Assembly: GCF_009914755.1 (NCBI RefSeq)
Contig: NC_060928.1
Length of the DNA stretch: 64,000 bases
Origin: the human T2T-CHM13v2.0 reference genome, Homo sapiens
Direction: 5' to 3' (one strand)
This document shows positions 27,705 through 46,089 of the stretch, piece after piece; positions within the stretch are counted from its first letter, which is position 1; every line of letters begins with the position of its first letter. The translations under genes were made by a program, and so were the position numbers. The notes below the pieces were generated by a model. The model searched no databases, was not told the origin of the DNA, and saw nothing but the letters and a program-made list of their open reading frames with translations.

Positions 27705-30700
27705 CTACAGGAGAAGCAGAGCACAATGGCCAAATAGTGACCACCCCCCTGTAGGAACACCCAATTAAACAACTATCCATGCAAGAAATCGCCTTCATAG
27801 GAACCAGAAACTCAGATGAGTAATCATAGTACCCGGCTGTAACAGAATAACAAGGAAAGAGGCATTGAAGGGGACAGGCAGGACAGTCTTACATTGCCTA
27901 CAGGACCCCTCCCTCAAGCCCAGACAGCACAGCACAAAGAGAATCTGTGTGCTTTGGGGAGGGAGAGTAAGCATGGGACTTTGCATTAAAGCTCAGTGCT
28001 ACCCTATCATAGGGCAGAATTCTGCTGGCACACTTAAAGGGAGCATTTAGACCAACACTGGGCCAGAGAGGAATCCTCCACCCTAACTTGAGGAAACATG
28101 AGTCTCAGCCAGTTTCAACATGGGCTGACTAACGTGGCCAGGGGCCCCAAATAAATTTCAGTGTCAGTAAGGCCACAGAGACTGCAGTCCCTGGGCAAGC
28201 CCTGGTGTTGCACTGATTTTGGAGACAGTGGATATGGAGTGAGACCCAGAGTGTCACCAGCTGCAGAAGCCCGCAGCCCTGAGAGTGCCTGCATCACCCC
28301 TCCCCCAATTGCAGGATGAGCAGCTCACAGGCAGCCTCCTTTTTAGGGGAAAAAGAAAGAATAGAGAAGATTTTGTCTTGAAACTTGAGTATAAACTCCG
28401 ACACAGTAAAATAAATCACCAAGCAGATTTATAAAGCACCAATTCCAGGTTTTTACTCCTGCATGGTGTTTATAGACCCACCCTGGGAATTCGCTCCCCT
28501 AATGGAATGGACCCAATCCAAGAAGGATTCACCACCTGCTGCTTAAAGTGATCCAGGACCTTGAATAAAAATGAGTGGCAGCTAGGCATTAGTGGCCACA
28601 AGCCTTGGGCAAGGTTTAGTACCATGCTGATCTGGAAAACAATGGGCTACAGATGTGACCCAGGGCCATGTCGGCTGTGGTGGCCATGAAGATGCTCATA
28701 TTACCCCTTACCAAACTTTAGGCAGCCCAGTGCAGAGAGAGATCCCTTCTGATTGGAGAAAAGAGAGGGAAGAGAGCAAGAGACTTTGCCTGGTATCCCA
28801 GATAATACACCCTCCTCCAGGTAACCCCAGGCTATGTAATTAGGAGTCTACAAGAGCCACAGTGTTCCTATGCTTAAGACACTCCCCCGTGCTGAAAGAG
28901 CTGCAGTGACCACAGGATTAAGTCAGAACACTCAAGCTCCTTTGAATTCATGGAAAGAAGGATAAGTACAAACAAGCCCAGACTGTGAATATTGTAATAA
29001 ATGCCTGATTCTTCAATGCCAAGACGTTGATAAATGTCCACAAGCATCAAAAACATCCAAATCTAGATGTGGTGGCTCCTGTCTATAATCCCAGCTATTT
29101 GGGAGGTTGATGTGAAAGGATTGTTGAGGTCAGAAGTTAGAGTACAGCCTGGGCAACATAGTAAGACTCCATCTCTCTCAAAATATTAGCCAGGTGGTAT
29201 GTGCCTGTATTCCCAGCTACTCAGGAGTCTGAGGTGTGAGGATTGCTCAAGCCTAGGAGTTTGAGGCTGGACAGAGTGAGACCCCATCTGTAAAAATAAA
29301 GTAAAATTTAAAAGAAAAAAGTAAAATCAAAAAAATATATAAAGTAAAATTTAAAAGAAAAAAGAAAGAAATTCCAGGAAAATATAACATCACCAAATGG
29401 ACTAAGTGAGGAACCAGTGACCGATTCTGGAGTGACAGATACATGACCTCTCAGACAATTAATTCAAAATAGCTGTGTTGAGGAAGCTCAATGAGCTTGA
29501 AGTTAACACAAAGAAAGAATTCCAAATTCTTTCAGAGAAACTTAACAAAGAGATTGAAATATTTAAAATAATTAAGCAGCAATTCTAAAGCTGAAAAATT
29601 CAATTAACAACCTTAAAAATGCATCAGAGTTTCTCAACAGCAGACTTAATCAAGCAGAAGAAAGAATTAGTAAGCTTAAATGCAGGCTACATGGAAATAC
29701 ACAGTCAGAGAAGAAAAAAAAAAGAATGAAGCATGCCTATAGGATCTACAAAATAGCCTAAAGAAGAAAAATCTAAGAGTTATTGGTTATAAAGAGGATG
29801 TAGAGAGAGAGAATGGGATACAAATCTTATTCAAGGAAGTAATAACACAGAACTTTACAAACACAAGGATAAACAAAGAATCCTAATAGCAGAAGGAGAA
29901 GAAAACAAATAGAATATAAAGGAGTTAAAATACATCTGGAAGCAGACTTCTCAGTAAAAACCTTAGAGATCAGGACAGATATTTGAAATGGTGAAAGAAA
30001 AAAGAAATCCCAACTTAGAATGTTATTTCCAGCAAAATTATCCTTCAAACATGAAGTAGAAATAAAGATCTACCAGACAAACAAAAGCTGAGGGATTTCA
30101 TCAACAGCAGACTTGTCTTACAAGAGATGCTAAAGAGAATTCTTCAGTCTCAAAGAATAGGGCATTAATGAGCAAAAATAAATTAACTGAACATATAAAA
30201 CTTACTGGTAAAAGTAAGTACACAGACAATACAGAATACTCTAGCACTGTAGCTGCAGTAAGTAAAAAAGCTCATATATTTCATAGAAAAAACAAAAGAC
30301 AAACCCATTAAAAATAATACTACAGCAATTTGTTGAGACTGTACAAATATATAAATAGAGTCAACAAATAATTAAAAAGTGGGGGGATGAAGTTATAGAG
30401 CTTTTTAGCTTTCTCTTGTTTGTGTGTTTATTTCTTTTCTTTCTTTTTTCTTTTGTTTTCAGTGATCAAAGTTAAGTTTTCATCAGTTTAAAATAATTGG
30501 TTATAAGCTTCATTGTAATCCCAAAGCAAAAACCTTGTAACAAAGACACAAAAATAAAATGCAAGGAATTAAAAAATACTACCAGAGAAAATAACTTTTA
30601 AACAAAGGAAGACAATAAGGAGGAAGAAGAAAAGAAAGGGAAGAACAACAAAACAACCAGAAAAGGGATAACAAAATGACAGTAATAAGTCCTTCCCTAG

Positions 30701-30716
30701 CAATAACAACATTGAA
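27705..30716 (+). mobile_element. L1MA element part 1: 5'UTR, ORF1 remnant and first codons of ORF2
   Basis: L1M1-type 5' end (agagcacaatggccaaatag...ggaacacccaattaaacaactatcca), ORF1 remnant at ~29380-30170, ORF2 start aaaatgacagtaataagtcctt. Confidence 0.85.
29061..29372 (+). mobile_element. AluJ with a right-arm deletion, inserted in the L1MA
   Basis: Diverged dimer; gaggctg joins directly to gacagagtgagacc; degenerate A-rich tail. Confidence 0.8.
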
Positions 30717-34845
<4,129 letters not shown>

Positions 34846-35324
34846 GTTATCTGCTTCCTGAAAGCTTAGGTTTCCCCATCTTGACCAGTTCTCAAAAGAG
34901 AAAATGCCCCTAAGCCTGCAGAGGTCCCAGAAGAAACCTGATCTTACTGACCTGGCTCTGTTGCCTATGAGGGTCTAGAATGCTCTGCCTTGGGCACCAT
35001 CCTCTTGGGCAGGTCACACCAGCATCGCTTTCCTTCAGGCCCTCTGAGGGTTACAGGGTCTACTTTCTGTGCCTTGTGCTCACAGGAGGCGGCAGATGTA
35101 ACAGAGCTGATTTTCTGGAGGATCAAACAGAGGCATGTGGAAAGAAAAGTAAAGAAACAGATCACAAATTAAGCCAGTATATCTGCTTTGATTTTTGTCC
35201 CTTCCTATTCATTCCAGAGGATTCTGAGAAAAAGCCACTTAGATCCAGAGGTGCCCAACTTAAAACCCTTTAGTGTTCTATATGCCTCATGCCCACCCTC
35301 TGCCCTTCATTCACTGACATGGCA

Positions 35325-35522
35325 TGCTGGACTTTCTTCTTTTCCTTAAATATATTGGATTCTTACCTAACCCATACCATTCTTCTCTTTGCTTCAAGCA
35401 CCCTTCAATCATCTGTCCTGTCTAACTTCTTTCACCTGGCTAAACTCTATTTGGCTTTCTGTTCTTGGCTTAAGTGTTTCTTTTTCAAAGATGTCCCTTT
35501 TGACCATTCCTATCCTAAAAAG
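35325..35522 (+). mobile_element. L2 fragment within the putative transduction
   Basis: ttcacctggctaaactctatttggctttctgttcttggcttaagtgtttct...cccttttgaccattcc resembles the L2 3' region. Confidence 0.6.
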
Positions 35523-35532
35523 TAATCCAATT

Positions 35533-35860
35533 GAATGAGAGAACACAGAGGATGTTTAGGACACTGAAACTGCTCTGTGTGACACTGTAGTGCTAGATAC
35601 ATGGTATTATACATTTGTCCCAAGCCACAGAATGTACAACACCAAGAGTGAACCCTAATGCTAACTATGGACTGTGTGTGTTAATGATGTATTATGACAG
35701 GTTCATTCATTGCAACAAATATGCCACTCTAGTGGGGATATTGATACTGGGGGAGCCTGTGTGCATGTGTGGTAGCAGGGAGTATTTGGGAAATCTCTGT
35801 ACCTTCATCTCAGTTTTGCTGTGATCCTAATACTGCTCTGAAAAATAAAGTCTATTATAA
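35533..35860 (+). mobile_element. L1MC1/2-type 3' end within the putative transduction
   Basis: cagaatgtacaacaccaagagtgaaccctaatgctaactatggac...gggaaatctctgtaccttc...aaaaataaagtctatt. Confidence 0.85.
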
Positions 35861-35913
35861 TAAAATAGAAAACAAAGCAATAATAATAATAATAAATAAA
35901 TAATAATATGGCA

Positions 35914-38306
35914 TGTAAGTGATCAAAATTCTCCAATACAAATACATAGAGTGGCTGAATGGTTAAAAGAAAAACAGGACTCAAGTATATGCTGTGTATA
36001 AGAAACTCAATTCACTTATAAGGACACATAATAGAGTTACAATAAACAAATGGAAAACTATATTCCATGCAAAGGAAAATCTAAAAAGAGCAGGAATAGC
36101 TATACTTATATCACAAGAAATAGACTTCAAGACAAAAATCTGTAAAAAGAGACAAAGAAAAATAATTATATAATAATAAAGGGGTCAACTCACTAAGAGT
36201 ATGTAACAATTGTAAATATATATGCACTCAATACTGGAGCACCCAGATATATAAAACAAATATTATCTGAGGTAAAGAGAGAGATAGGCCCCAATACAGT
36301 AATAGTTGAGAACTTCAACACTGTACTTTCAGCATTGGATATATCATCTAGACAGAAAATAAACAACAAAACAGAAGACTTATTCTGTACTATAGAACAA
36401 ATTGATTTAATAGACACTTATAGAACATTTCATATAACAGCAGCCAACTTCACATTCTTCTCCTCAGCACATGAAACATTCTCAAAGATAGTATATGTGT
36501 TAGGCCACAAAACAAGTCCTGTAAATTTCAAAATAATTACCTTTTCTGACAAAAGTGGAATAAAACTAGAAATCAATAACAAGAGGAAATTTGAAAACTA
36601 TGTAGACACATGTAAATTAAACAACATTCTCTTGACTGAGCATTGGGACAATAAAGAAATTAAGAAGAAAACTTTTTAAAATATTGAAACAAATAAAAAT
36701 AAAAACACAGCATGCCCAAATCTATGGGATACAGAAAAAGCAGTAATAAAAGGAATGTTTATAGCAATAAATGCCTACATGAAAATAGTAGAAAAACTTT
36801 AAATAACTAATGATGCATCTTAAAGAAGTAGAACAGCAAGAGCAAACCAAACCTCAAATTAGTAGAAGAGAAATAGTAACAATGAGAACAGAAATAAATG
36901 AAATTGAGACAAAAAATACAAAAAAATTGCAAATGAAAGAAAAAGTTGGTTTCTTGAAAAGATAAACAAAATTAACAAACATTTTGGTCTGAGTAACTAC
37001 GAAAAAAAGAGAGAATACCCAAATAAATAAAATCAAAGAGAAAAAGAAGGCATTACAAATGATACCACAGAAATTTAAAAGGATCATTAAAAACTATTAT
37101 GAGCAACTATATGCCAATAAATTAAAAAACTTAGAAGAAATGTGTAAATTCCTAGACACATAAAACCTACCAAGATTGAACCATAAAAAAATCAGAAACC
37201 TGAATAGACTGATAACAAACAAGATAGAACCAATAATAAAAAATATTCTATCAAAGAAAATCCCAGGATCTGATGATTTCTCAGCTGAATTTTAACAAAC
37301 ACTAAAAGATGAAATAAAATCAATCCTACTCAAAAACTATTCCAAAAAGTTGAGAATGAGGGAATACTCTCAAACTCATTTCATAAACTCAAACTCATTT
37401 CATCATGCAAGACCAGTATTGCCCTGATGTCAAAATCCAACAAAGATAAAACAGCAGCAACAAACTGTTGTTGGTTTGGTGATCAATATCACCAATCAAC
37501 ATATATGCAGAAACCTTCAACAAAATACTAGCAAACTGAATTCAACAACTATTCAAAAGACCATTAACCATAAAAGGTGGGATTCTTCCCGTAAATGCAA
37601 GGATGAGTCAACATATGCAAATTGAAAACTGTGAGAGATCACATCAAAAGAATAAAGAGTAAAATACATATGGTCATTTCTACTGATGCTGATAAAACTT
37701 TTGATAAAGTCTACATCTCTTTATGATAAAAACTCTCAACAAACTGGGTGTAGAAGGAACAAATCTCAAAAATCTAAAAATCCATATAAGACAAACCCAC
37801 GAATATTATCATACTGAAAAACTGAAAGCCTTTCCTCTAAGTTCTGGAACCCAACAAAGATACTCAATTTCATCACTGTTATTCAAAAGAGTACTATAAT
37901 TCCTAGCTAGAGCAATCAGACAAGAGAAATAAATAAAAGGCATCCAAATTAGAAAGAAGTCAAATTATCCCAGTTTGCTGCTGATATAATCTTATATTTA
38001 GAGAAACCTCAAGACTCCATCAAAAAAGACTTAGAACTAATAAACAAATTCAGTAAAATTGCAGGATACAAAATCAACCAACAAAAACCAGTAGCACTGC
38101 AATATGTCAACAGCAAACAATCTGAAAAAGAAAAAAAAATTCCATTTATAATAGCAAAAGATAAAATAAAATACCTGGGAATATACTTGGCCAAATAAGT
38201 GAAAGCTCTCTACATTTAAAACTATGAGTCATTGATGAAAGAAATTGAAGAGGACAAAAAAAGTAAAGACATTCTATGGTCATGGATAGGAAAAATAAAA
38301 ATTGTT
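35914..38306 (+). mobile_element. L1MA element part 2: disrupted ORF2 (EN and RT regions)
   Basis: Resumes at tgtaagtgatcaaaattctccaatac...atagagtggctgaatgg; ORF 36335-36679 is an endonuclease remnant (FFSSAHETFSKI). Confidence 0.88.
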
Positions 38307-38858
38307 TTGTTATTATCTTATGCATTTTACTTTTTAATTTTTTTTAACTTTTAATTTAGGTTCAGGACTAAATATGCAAGTGTGTTACATAAGGAAATTG
38401 CATGTCACCCGTGTTTGGTATACAAATAATCTTGTTACTAAGGTAATAAGCACAGTAACTGTAGTAACTGATAGGTAGTTTTTCTATTTTCTTTCTCCTT
38501 CCACACTCCACACTCAAGTAGACCTGTGTCTGTTTTTCCCAAGTAGAACTGTGTCCATGTGAACTCAACATTTAGCTCCCACTTATAAGTGAGAACATGT
38601 GGTATTCGGTTTTCTGTTCCTGCATTACTTGGCTTGGTATAATTGTATACCATTGTATAATACTTGCAGCTCCCTCTATACTGCTGCAAAGGACATGATC
38701 TCATTATTTTTTACAGCTGTGTAGTATTCCATAATGTATACATACCACATTTCCTTTCTCCAGTCTACTATTCATGGACATTTTTGTTGATTCCATGTAT
38801 TTAGTTTTTATGAATAGTATGGAATTAACATAGGTGTACATGTGTCTTTATGATAGAA

Positions 38859-39282
38859 TGTATCAGTCCATTCTTGCACTGCTATAAAGAAATACCCAAG
38901 ACTGCATAATTTATAAAGAAAATAGGTTTAATTGCCTCACGGTACCATAGGCTGTACAGGAAGCATGATGCTGGCATCTGCTCAGGTTCTGGTGTGATCT
39001 CAGGAAATTTAAAATCATAGCAGAAGGTGAAGGGGGAGCAAGGTGCCTCACATGGTGGAAACAGGAGCCAGATACAATGAGGGAGGAGGTGCTGCACACA
39101 TTTAAACAACTAGATCTTGTAAGAACTCACTATCATGAGAACAGCACCAAGAGGATGACAATAGACCAATCATGAGAAATCCATTACCATGATCCAAGAA
39201 CCTCCCACCGGGTCCCACCTCCAACACTAGGGACTACAATTCAACATGAGACTTAGTGGGAACACAGATTCAGACAATATCA
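38859..39282 (-). mobile_element. MSTA solo LTR
   Basis: TG...CA termini, perfect 5-bp TSD tagaa (38854-38858 / 39283-39287), 424 bp long. Confidence 0.92.
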
Positions 39283-39567
39283 TAGAATGATTTCTATTCC
39301 TTTGGGTATATACCCAATAAGCGGATTGCTGGATCAAATGGTACTTCTCTTTTAAGTGCTTTGAGATATCACCACACTGCTTTCCCCAATTGCTGAAATA
39401 ATTTGCATTTCCCCCAGCAGTGTATAAGTGTTCCCTTTTATTTGCAACCTTGCCAGCATTTGTTATTTTTTGACTTCTTAATAATACTTATTCTGATTGG
39501 TGTGAGACGGTATCTCATTGTGGTTTGGAATTCCATTTGCATTTCTACTAATGATTAATGATGGTGA

Positions 39568-39879
<312 letters not shown>

Positions 39880-40010
39880 ATATGCATTACTGTGAAAAGT
39901 GACTGTTCATGTACTTTGCCCACTTTTAAATGGGGCTGTTTTTTGCTAGATACTGTGTTTAAGTTCCTTAGAGATTCCGGATCCTAGCTGTTTGTCAGGT
40001 GCATAGTTTG

Positions 40011-41174
40011 CAAACCAACAGCCAACATCATATAAATGGGCAAAAGCTGGAAGCATTCCCCTTAGAAGTAAAACAAGACAAGGTCGCCCACTGTCATGAT
40101 TCCTATTCAATACAGTACTATAAGTCCTAGCCAGAGCAATCAGGCAAAGAAATGAAAGGCATCTAAATAGGAGGAGAGGAAGTAAAACTGTCTTTGTTTG
40201 CAGATTATGTGATGCTATACCTAGAAAAACCCATAGTCTCTGTTGAAAAGGTCCAAGATCTAATAAAGAACTTCAGCAAAGTTTCAAGATACAAAGTCAA
40301 TGTACAAAAATCAGTAGCATTTCTATATACCAACAACATCCAAGCTGACAGACAAATCAGAAAGACAATCCCATTCACAATATAGCCACAAAAACAATAA
40401 AATACCTAGGAATACACCTAACAGGGGCATGAAATATCTCTACAATGAGAATTACAAACCAGTGCTCAAAAAAATCAAAGATGACATGAACAGATGAAAA
40501 AAAACATTCCATGCTCATGGATAGGAAAAATCAATATTGTTATAATGGCCATATTACCCAAAGTAATTTACATATCAGTGCTATTCCTATAAAACTACCA
40601 ATTACATTATTCACAGAATTAGAAAAAAGTATTCTAAAATTCACATGGAACCAAAAAAAACTCACATAGCCAAGGCAATTCTAAGCAAAAAGTACAAAGT
40701 TGGAGACAGCACGTCACCCAATTTCAAACTATACTACAAGCCTATGGTAACCAAAACAGCATGGTACTGGTACAAAAACAGACATATAGACTACTAAAAC
40801 AGCATAGAGAGCCCAGAAATAAATCCAAACCCCTACAAACATGTGATCTTTGACAAAGTTGACCAACTAGCAATGGGGAAAGGACTATTCAATAAATGAT
40901 GCTAGGATAACTGCCTAGCCATATGCAGAAGATTGAACCTTGACTGCTTCCTTACACCATATGCAAAAATCAGTTCACAATAGATAAAAGGCTTAAATGT
41001 AAAACCTAAAACTATATAAATTCTTGGAGATAATCTAGAAAATACCATTCTGGACATAAGTCCTGGCAAAGATTTCATGATGAAGATGCCAAAAACAATT
41101 GCAACGACAACAAAAAACTGGCAAATGGGACCTAATTAAGCTAAAAAGCTTCTGCACAGTAAAAAAAACTATCT
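40011..41174 (+). mobile_element. Inverted 5' segment (ORF2) of the same L1PA15/16
   Basis: caaaccaacagccaacatc...agcttctgcacagtaaaaaaaactatc; ORF 40194-40385 carries the RT motif FADY. Confidence 0.82.
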
Positions 41175-42340
41175 ATATCGTTTAAAAGTCAGTACTATTC
41201 AATGAAATCTGCAGATCCAATGCAATCTCCATCAAAATACCAATAATATCCTTCACAGAAATATAAAAAATATTAAAATATATATGGAATTACAGAGCAA
41301 AATAGAACAAAGCTTCAGGCATCACATTACCTGACTTCAAATTATAGTACAAAAATGGATAAAAGGTATGAGCAGACATTTCTTAAAAGAAGACAAACAA
41401 ATGACCAACAGTTTTATGAAAAAATGTTCAACATCATTAATCATTAGATAGATGCATATAAAAACTACAAGGAGATGTCATCTCACCCAGTTAAAACAGC
41501 TTTTATCAAAAAGACAGGCAATAACAAATGCTGATGAGGATGTGGAGAAAGAGAAACTCTTGTACACTGGTGATGAAAATTTAAATTAGAAGAGCTACTA
41601 TGGAGAACACTGTGGAGATTCCTCAAAAAAAAAAAAAAAAAAAAAGAAACTGAAAATAGAACTACCATACGATCCAGCAAACCCACTGGTGGGCATATAT
41701 CCAAAAGAAAGGAAATCTGTATATCAAAGAGATATTTGCACTGCCATGTTTGTAACAGTACTATTCACAATAGCCAAAATACAGAATCAACCTAAGTATC
41801 CATCAGTTAATAAATGGGTTTAAAAAGTGGCACATATACACATTATAATCACAAAAATGAAATCCTGTCATTTTCAATAACATGAATAGAACTGGAGGAC
41901 ATTAAGTTAAGTAAGACAGGCACAAAGAGACAAATATCACATGTTCTCACTCATATGTGGGAAATAAAAAATACTGAACTCATGGAGATAGAAAATAGAA
42001 TGATGGTTACCAGAGGCTGGGAATGGTAGTTGGCAGGGAGGATGAAGAGTGGATGGTAAATGGGTACAAAAATACAGTTAGATAGAAGAAATATGATCCA
42101 GTGTTTTGTAGCAAAATAAGACAACTATAGTTAACAATTTATTGTACATTTCAAAAAAACTAAAAGAGTGAAATTGGAATGTTTGTAACACAAAGAAATG
42201 ATAAGTGCTTGAGGTGATTGATGCATAAGCCAATTACCCTGATCTGAACATTACACATTTTATGCTTGTATCAAAATATCACATGTACCCCATAAATATT
42301 GATAATGATTGTATATCCATAGTAATTAAAAATAAAATGT
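41175..42340 (+). mobile_element. L1MA element part 3: internally deleted ORF2 end and L1MA3/4-like 3'UTR
   Basis: gggtacaaaaatacagttagatagaag...caaaatatcacatgtaccccataaatat...aattaaaaataaaa. Confidence 0.85.
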
Positions 42341-42349
42341 TTTTATAAA

Positions 42350-43089
42350 ATTTAACCTGATGGTACTGTAACTTTTTTACTTTTAAACTTTTAAATTTGT
42401 TAACTTTTGTGCTCTTTGGTAATAACAGCTTAAAACACAAACACATTGTACAGAATATTTAGTACAGCTGTACAAAAATATTTTCTTTCTTTATATCCTT
42501 ATTCAATAAGCTTCTTTCTTTTTAAAAACATTTTATTTTTCTTTTACTATTTAATTTTTTTTTGTTAAAATCTGTGACATCAACACACATTTTCCTAGGC
42601 CTACACGTGGTCAGTATCATTAACATCAACATGTTCCACTTCCATATCTCATCTCATATCTCATCAAATATATGGAGCTATCATCTCCTATCATAATGTC
42701 TACTTCTGAAATAACTCCTGAAGGAATTGCGCTGGGCTGTTTTTACAGTTACCTTTAAAAAAAAATAGTAAGTAGAAGTATATCCCAAATGAATAATAAA
42801 TAGTATAGTAAGTTCATAAACCAGTAACATATTTATTATCAAGTATTAGATACTGTACATAATTGTATGTGCTATACTTTTACACCACTGCCAGGACAGT
42901 AGGTGTGTTTACATCAGCATCACCAAAGACAGATGAGTAAGCCTTGTGCTATGACCGCTATAACCATGTTATGACTGCTACAATGACACCAGGTGATAGT
43001 AATTTTTCAGCTTTATTAGAATCTTATGGGACCACCATTGTACATGTGATATAACACTGATCAAAACATAATTATGTGGCACATGACTG
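42350..43089. mobile_element. Tigger3b, right half
   Basis: Resumes at ttaacct...tactgtaacttttttac...aaaacacaaacacattgtacag; ends in the TIR ggcacatgactg followed by TA. Confidence 0.88.
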
Positions 43090-43859
43090 TATATGTATTT
43101 ATGTTTGTATTTGTGTGCATGCATGTGTGTATATATGTTTATATGTGTCTGCGGTTTTTCCCTTTTGGCATTATCTACGTAAGTATTCATTATTGTTCTC
43201 CTTTTTGTTTAAACTTCATTTCTATATATTTTTTCCTTTTAGAGTTCATTTATTTCTAAGATGACCAGAAATTTTTTATATCACCTTGTCTAATTTTATT
43301 TACAGATTTTTCTAAATTTGATTGATGTTGTTTTTATAATTTCTCTCATTTTCTCTAAATCTTTAGCGGGTTTTGAAATAGTAGGGTAAATTTTTCATGT
43401 TTCCTACGTCTGTCCTTTAAGTATGGTTTCATTGTAAGAATGCAATCCTATTTATTATTTTATGGCCATGTGTTTAATACTTGGCCACATCACATACATA
43501 GGGAACTACCTATACCTTCATTCAGAACAGAATTGAGGGAGCAAGAGGTAAGATCAGATCTTCAGAACATAGTAAAACATGACAGTGATAGTTTTTATAA
43601 TTCCACGCATATCCATGTCCTTTTAAGGACAAAATATAAGTACCCGCGAAAAGTAGCTTTGAGTATCTTAACAGATATAAAAAGTATGAAATCTGAAAAG
43701 CATGAAATCAAATTTGTTTGAAGAGTTGTGAGATGTCTACAGAAATAAGAATAAATAATTAAAATGTGAATTACATGTGTGCTATGTCAGCCTCTGTAGA
43801 TTTAAGCTGTTATTGTTTTGGTTTGTTTTATTATGATGCCACCCAAATGATCTGACCTT

Positions 43860-44213
43860 TTTTTAATAATTTAATTTAATTTATTTTTTAAATTAATTAA
43901 TTAATTAATCAATCAATTAATTAATTAATTTGAGACAGGGTCTCGCTCTGTCGCCCAGGCTGAATTGCAGTGGCACAATCTCGGCTCACTGCAACCTCCG
44001 CCTCCTGAGTTCAAGCGATTCTCCTGCCTCAGCCTCCTGAGTAGCTGGGATTACAGGCATGTGCCATCACGTCTGGCTAATTTTTGTATTTTTAGTAGAG
44101 ATGGGGTTTTGCCATGTTGCCCAGGCTTCTCTTGAATTCCTGGCCTCATGTGATTCACCCGCCTTGGCTTCCCAAAGTGCTGGGATTACAGGTGTGAGTC
44201 ACTGTGCCTGGTC
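43860..44213 (-). mobile_element. AluSz-like element with a (TTAA)n-converted tail
   Basis: Full dimer; TSD core tgatctgac (43848-43856 / 44214-44222). Confidence 0.92.
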
Positions 44214-44833
44214 TGATCTGACAGTTTTAAAAGAAGCAATTAATAAAATGGATTTCCTTAAACAATTTGAAAACAGGAGACTAATCCTAGGCTGCAGAGT
44301 AATAGGCAATTGAAAATACCTGCAAGAGCATATAACAAATAGAAGAAAAAAAATTGAATAGAAAACTGCAAATGTAAAATAGTCTTGTCTTAACTGCAGA
44401 CTCTTTCCAAGTAAATTCAGATTCCTGAAAAGAATATAAAGCTTTTACAAAGATGTTTAAGCTAAGGATAAATTTCTACGACTATTTTGGAAAGAAACTA
44501 TACATAATGAATGGTGACCTAGAATCTTCAGCTAATCTCATGGTCACAGTTTGAAGAGGTAAATCAGAAAGAAAATAACATCTTGCATAAACTATTTCTT
44601 TAACATTAAAGTTAATTATTCTCTTAAATACATGTTAAATGTCAGCATATTAGAAACTGTGAAGGTATTAAATTTTTATTCATGATATAATTAATAGAAA
44701 ACTCAAGTTATATTAATAGATAAATGATTATAAGCTATATTATTATTTATATCATTTATAGAAATAAGTTATGTCTACCTGCTCAAAAGATAAAGATGTT
44801 GGATAATTGGTTGTTGTGTTAAAGTAAATGTAG

Positions 44834-44970
44834 GGCCAGGTGTGGTGGCTTATCCCCGTAATCCCAGCCCTCTGAGAGGATTGCTTGAGCGCAGGAGTTG
44901 GAGACCAGCCTCGGCAAAACAGTGAGACCCTGCCTCTTCAAATAATAATAATGATAATAACAATAATAAT
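44834..44970 (+). mobile_element. FLAM_C monomer with an (AAT)n tail
   Basis: Left monomer only; TSD aag(t/c)aaatgtag (44822-44833 / 44971-44982). Confidence 0.88.
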
Positions 44971-45634
44971 AAGCAAATGTAGAAACACTTAAAAATAATC
45001 AGATTTAGGGTGAGGCCAAGATGGCAGACTAGAAGCAGCACATGTGTGCCTCTCTCATGGAGAGGAAACAAAAAGGCTAGTGAACACTAACCCAACAGGC
45101 CGATCATCTGAAAAACCACGTCGGGATCCATCAAGGCAGCAGGGGGACACAGAACAGAGGGGAGAAAAGCTGGGTGCTAGCATGTTTGGGCTCAACACGA
45201 AGCCAGGAGAACCTCTCTGACATAGGAAAGGGTAAGTAAGGGTGCCCAGGGTGATTCATGCTCTCCACAGGGACCTGTGTAAGACTGGGAATAAGAGAAT
45301 CCCCCTGGCGCCCCCATACCCCCACTGCACTTCTAAACTGAGGCAAAGAGCCACCTGGATGTTTTGCAGGGGCAACTCACAAGTCCAAGGAAACTTTACA
45401 AGCCTTGAGCCCTGCAGCAGACCTATACTGGTGGCCACAACCCCAATAGAGTCACCAATTGTGGTGACTTGGAGCAGTGAGATTGTTGCACCGCCCTTTC
45501 CGGATAGGGCTTGGTGGCAGCTTCCAGCCCAGTGGTCCTGCTTAGGCCCAAACTTGCCTGCCCACTCCTGCCACACCCCCACCACTGATAACTACATGGA
45601 CAACCCCTGCTAGAGCTTCTATCCCAGCCATCCC

Positions 45635-45636
45635 TT

Positions 45637-45667
<31 letters not shown>

Positions 45668-45938
45668 AGACGTAGTCTAGCTGTCACCAGGCTGGAGTGC
45701 AGTGGCAGGATCTTGGCTCACTGCAGCCTCCACCTCCTGGGTTCAATTCTCCTGCTTTGGCCTCCCAACAGCTGGGACTACAGGTGCATGCCACCATGCC
45801 CAACTAATTTTTGTATTTTTAGTAGAGACGGGGTTTCACCATATTGGCCAGGATAGTCTTGATCTCTTGAACTTGCGATCCGCCCACCTCGGCCTCCAAA
45901 AGTGCTGGGATTACAGGCATGAGCCACCGTGCCCAACC
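45635..45938 (-). mobile_element. AluSc inserted in the L1 5'UTR
   Basis: Sc-type positions (tgtcaccaggctgg; ggccaggatagtcttgatctcttga); cagc..tccc occurs on both flanks. Confidence 0.88.
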
Positions 45939-46089
45939 CAGCAGTCCCACTTCTGTGTGAACTCAGTTGGAGGGCACATCTTCCTGTTGTCTCAGAAAAC
46001 ACCCAGACAACAGAGTTGGTGACCACACCGGCCCTCACTACTGGTAACCAGGCAGGCAATGCTTGCTAGAGCTTCTAGCCCGCAGTTCC

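Larger units (their letters stand above)
34846..35898 (+). other. Putative L1 3'-transduced segment: unique DNA, L2 fragment, L1MC 3' end and a second A-rich tail
   Basis: Lies between the L1PB tail and the point where the host L1MA ORF2 resumes; flanked by a degenerate 15-bp TSD. Confidence 0.7.

Noticed and set aside
45131-45613. GC-richer ORFs of 71-123 aa
   Set aside because: They lie in an old L1 5'UTR, use mostly non-ATG starts and resemble no protein I recognise.
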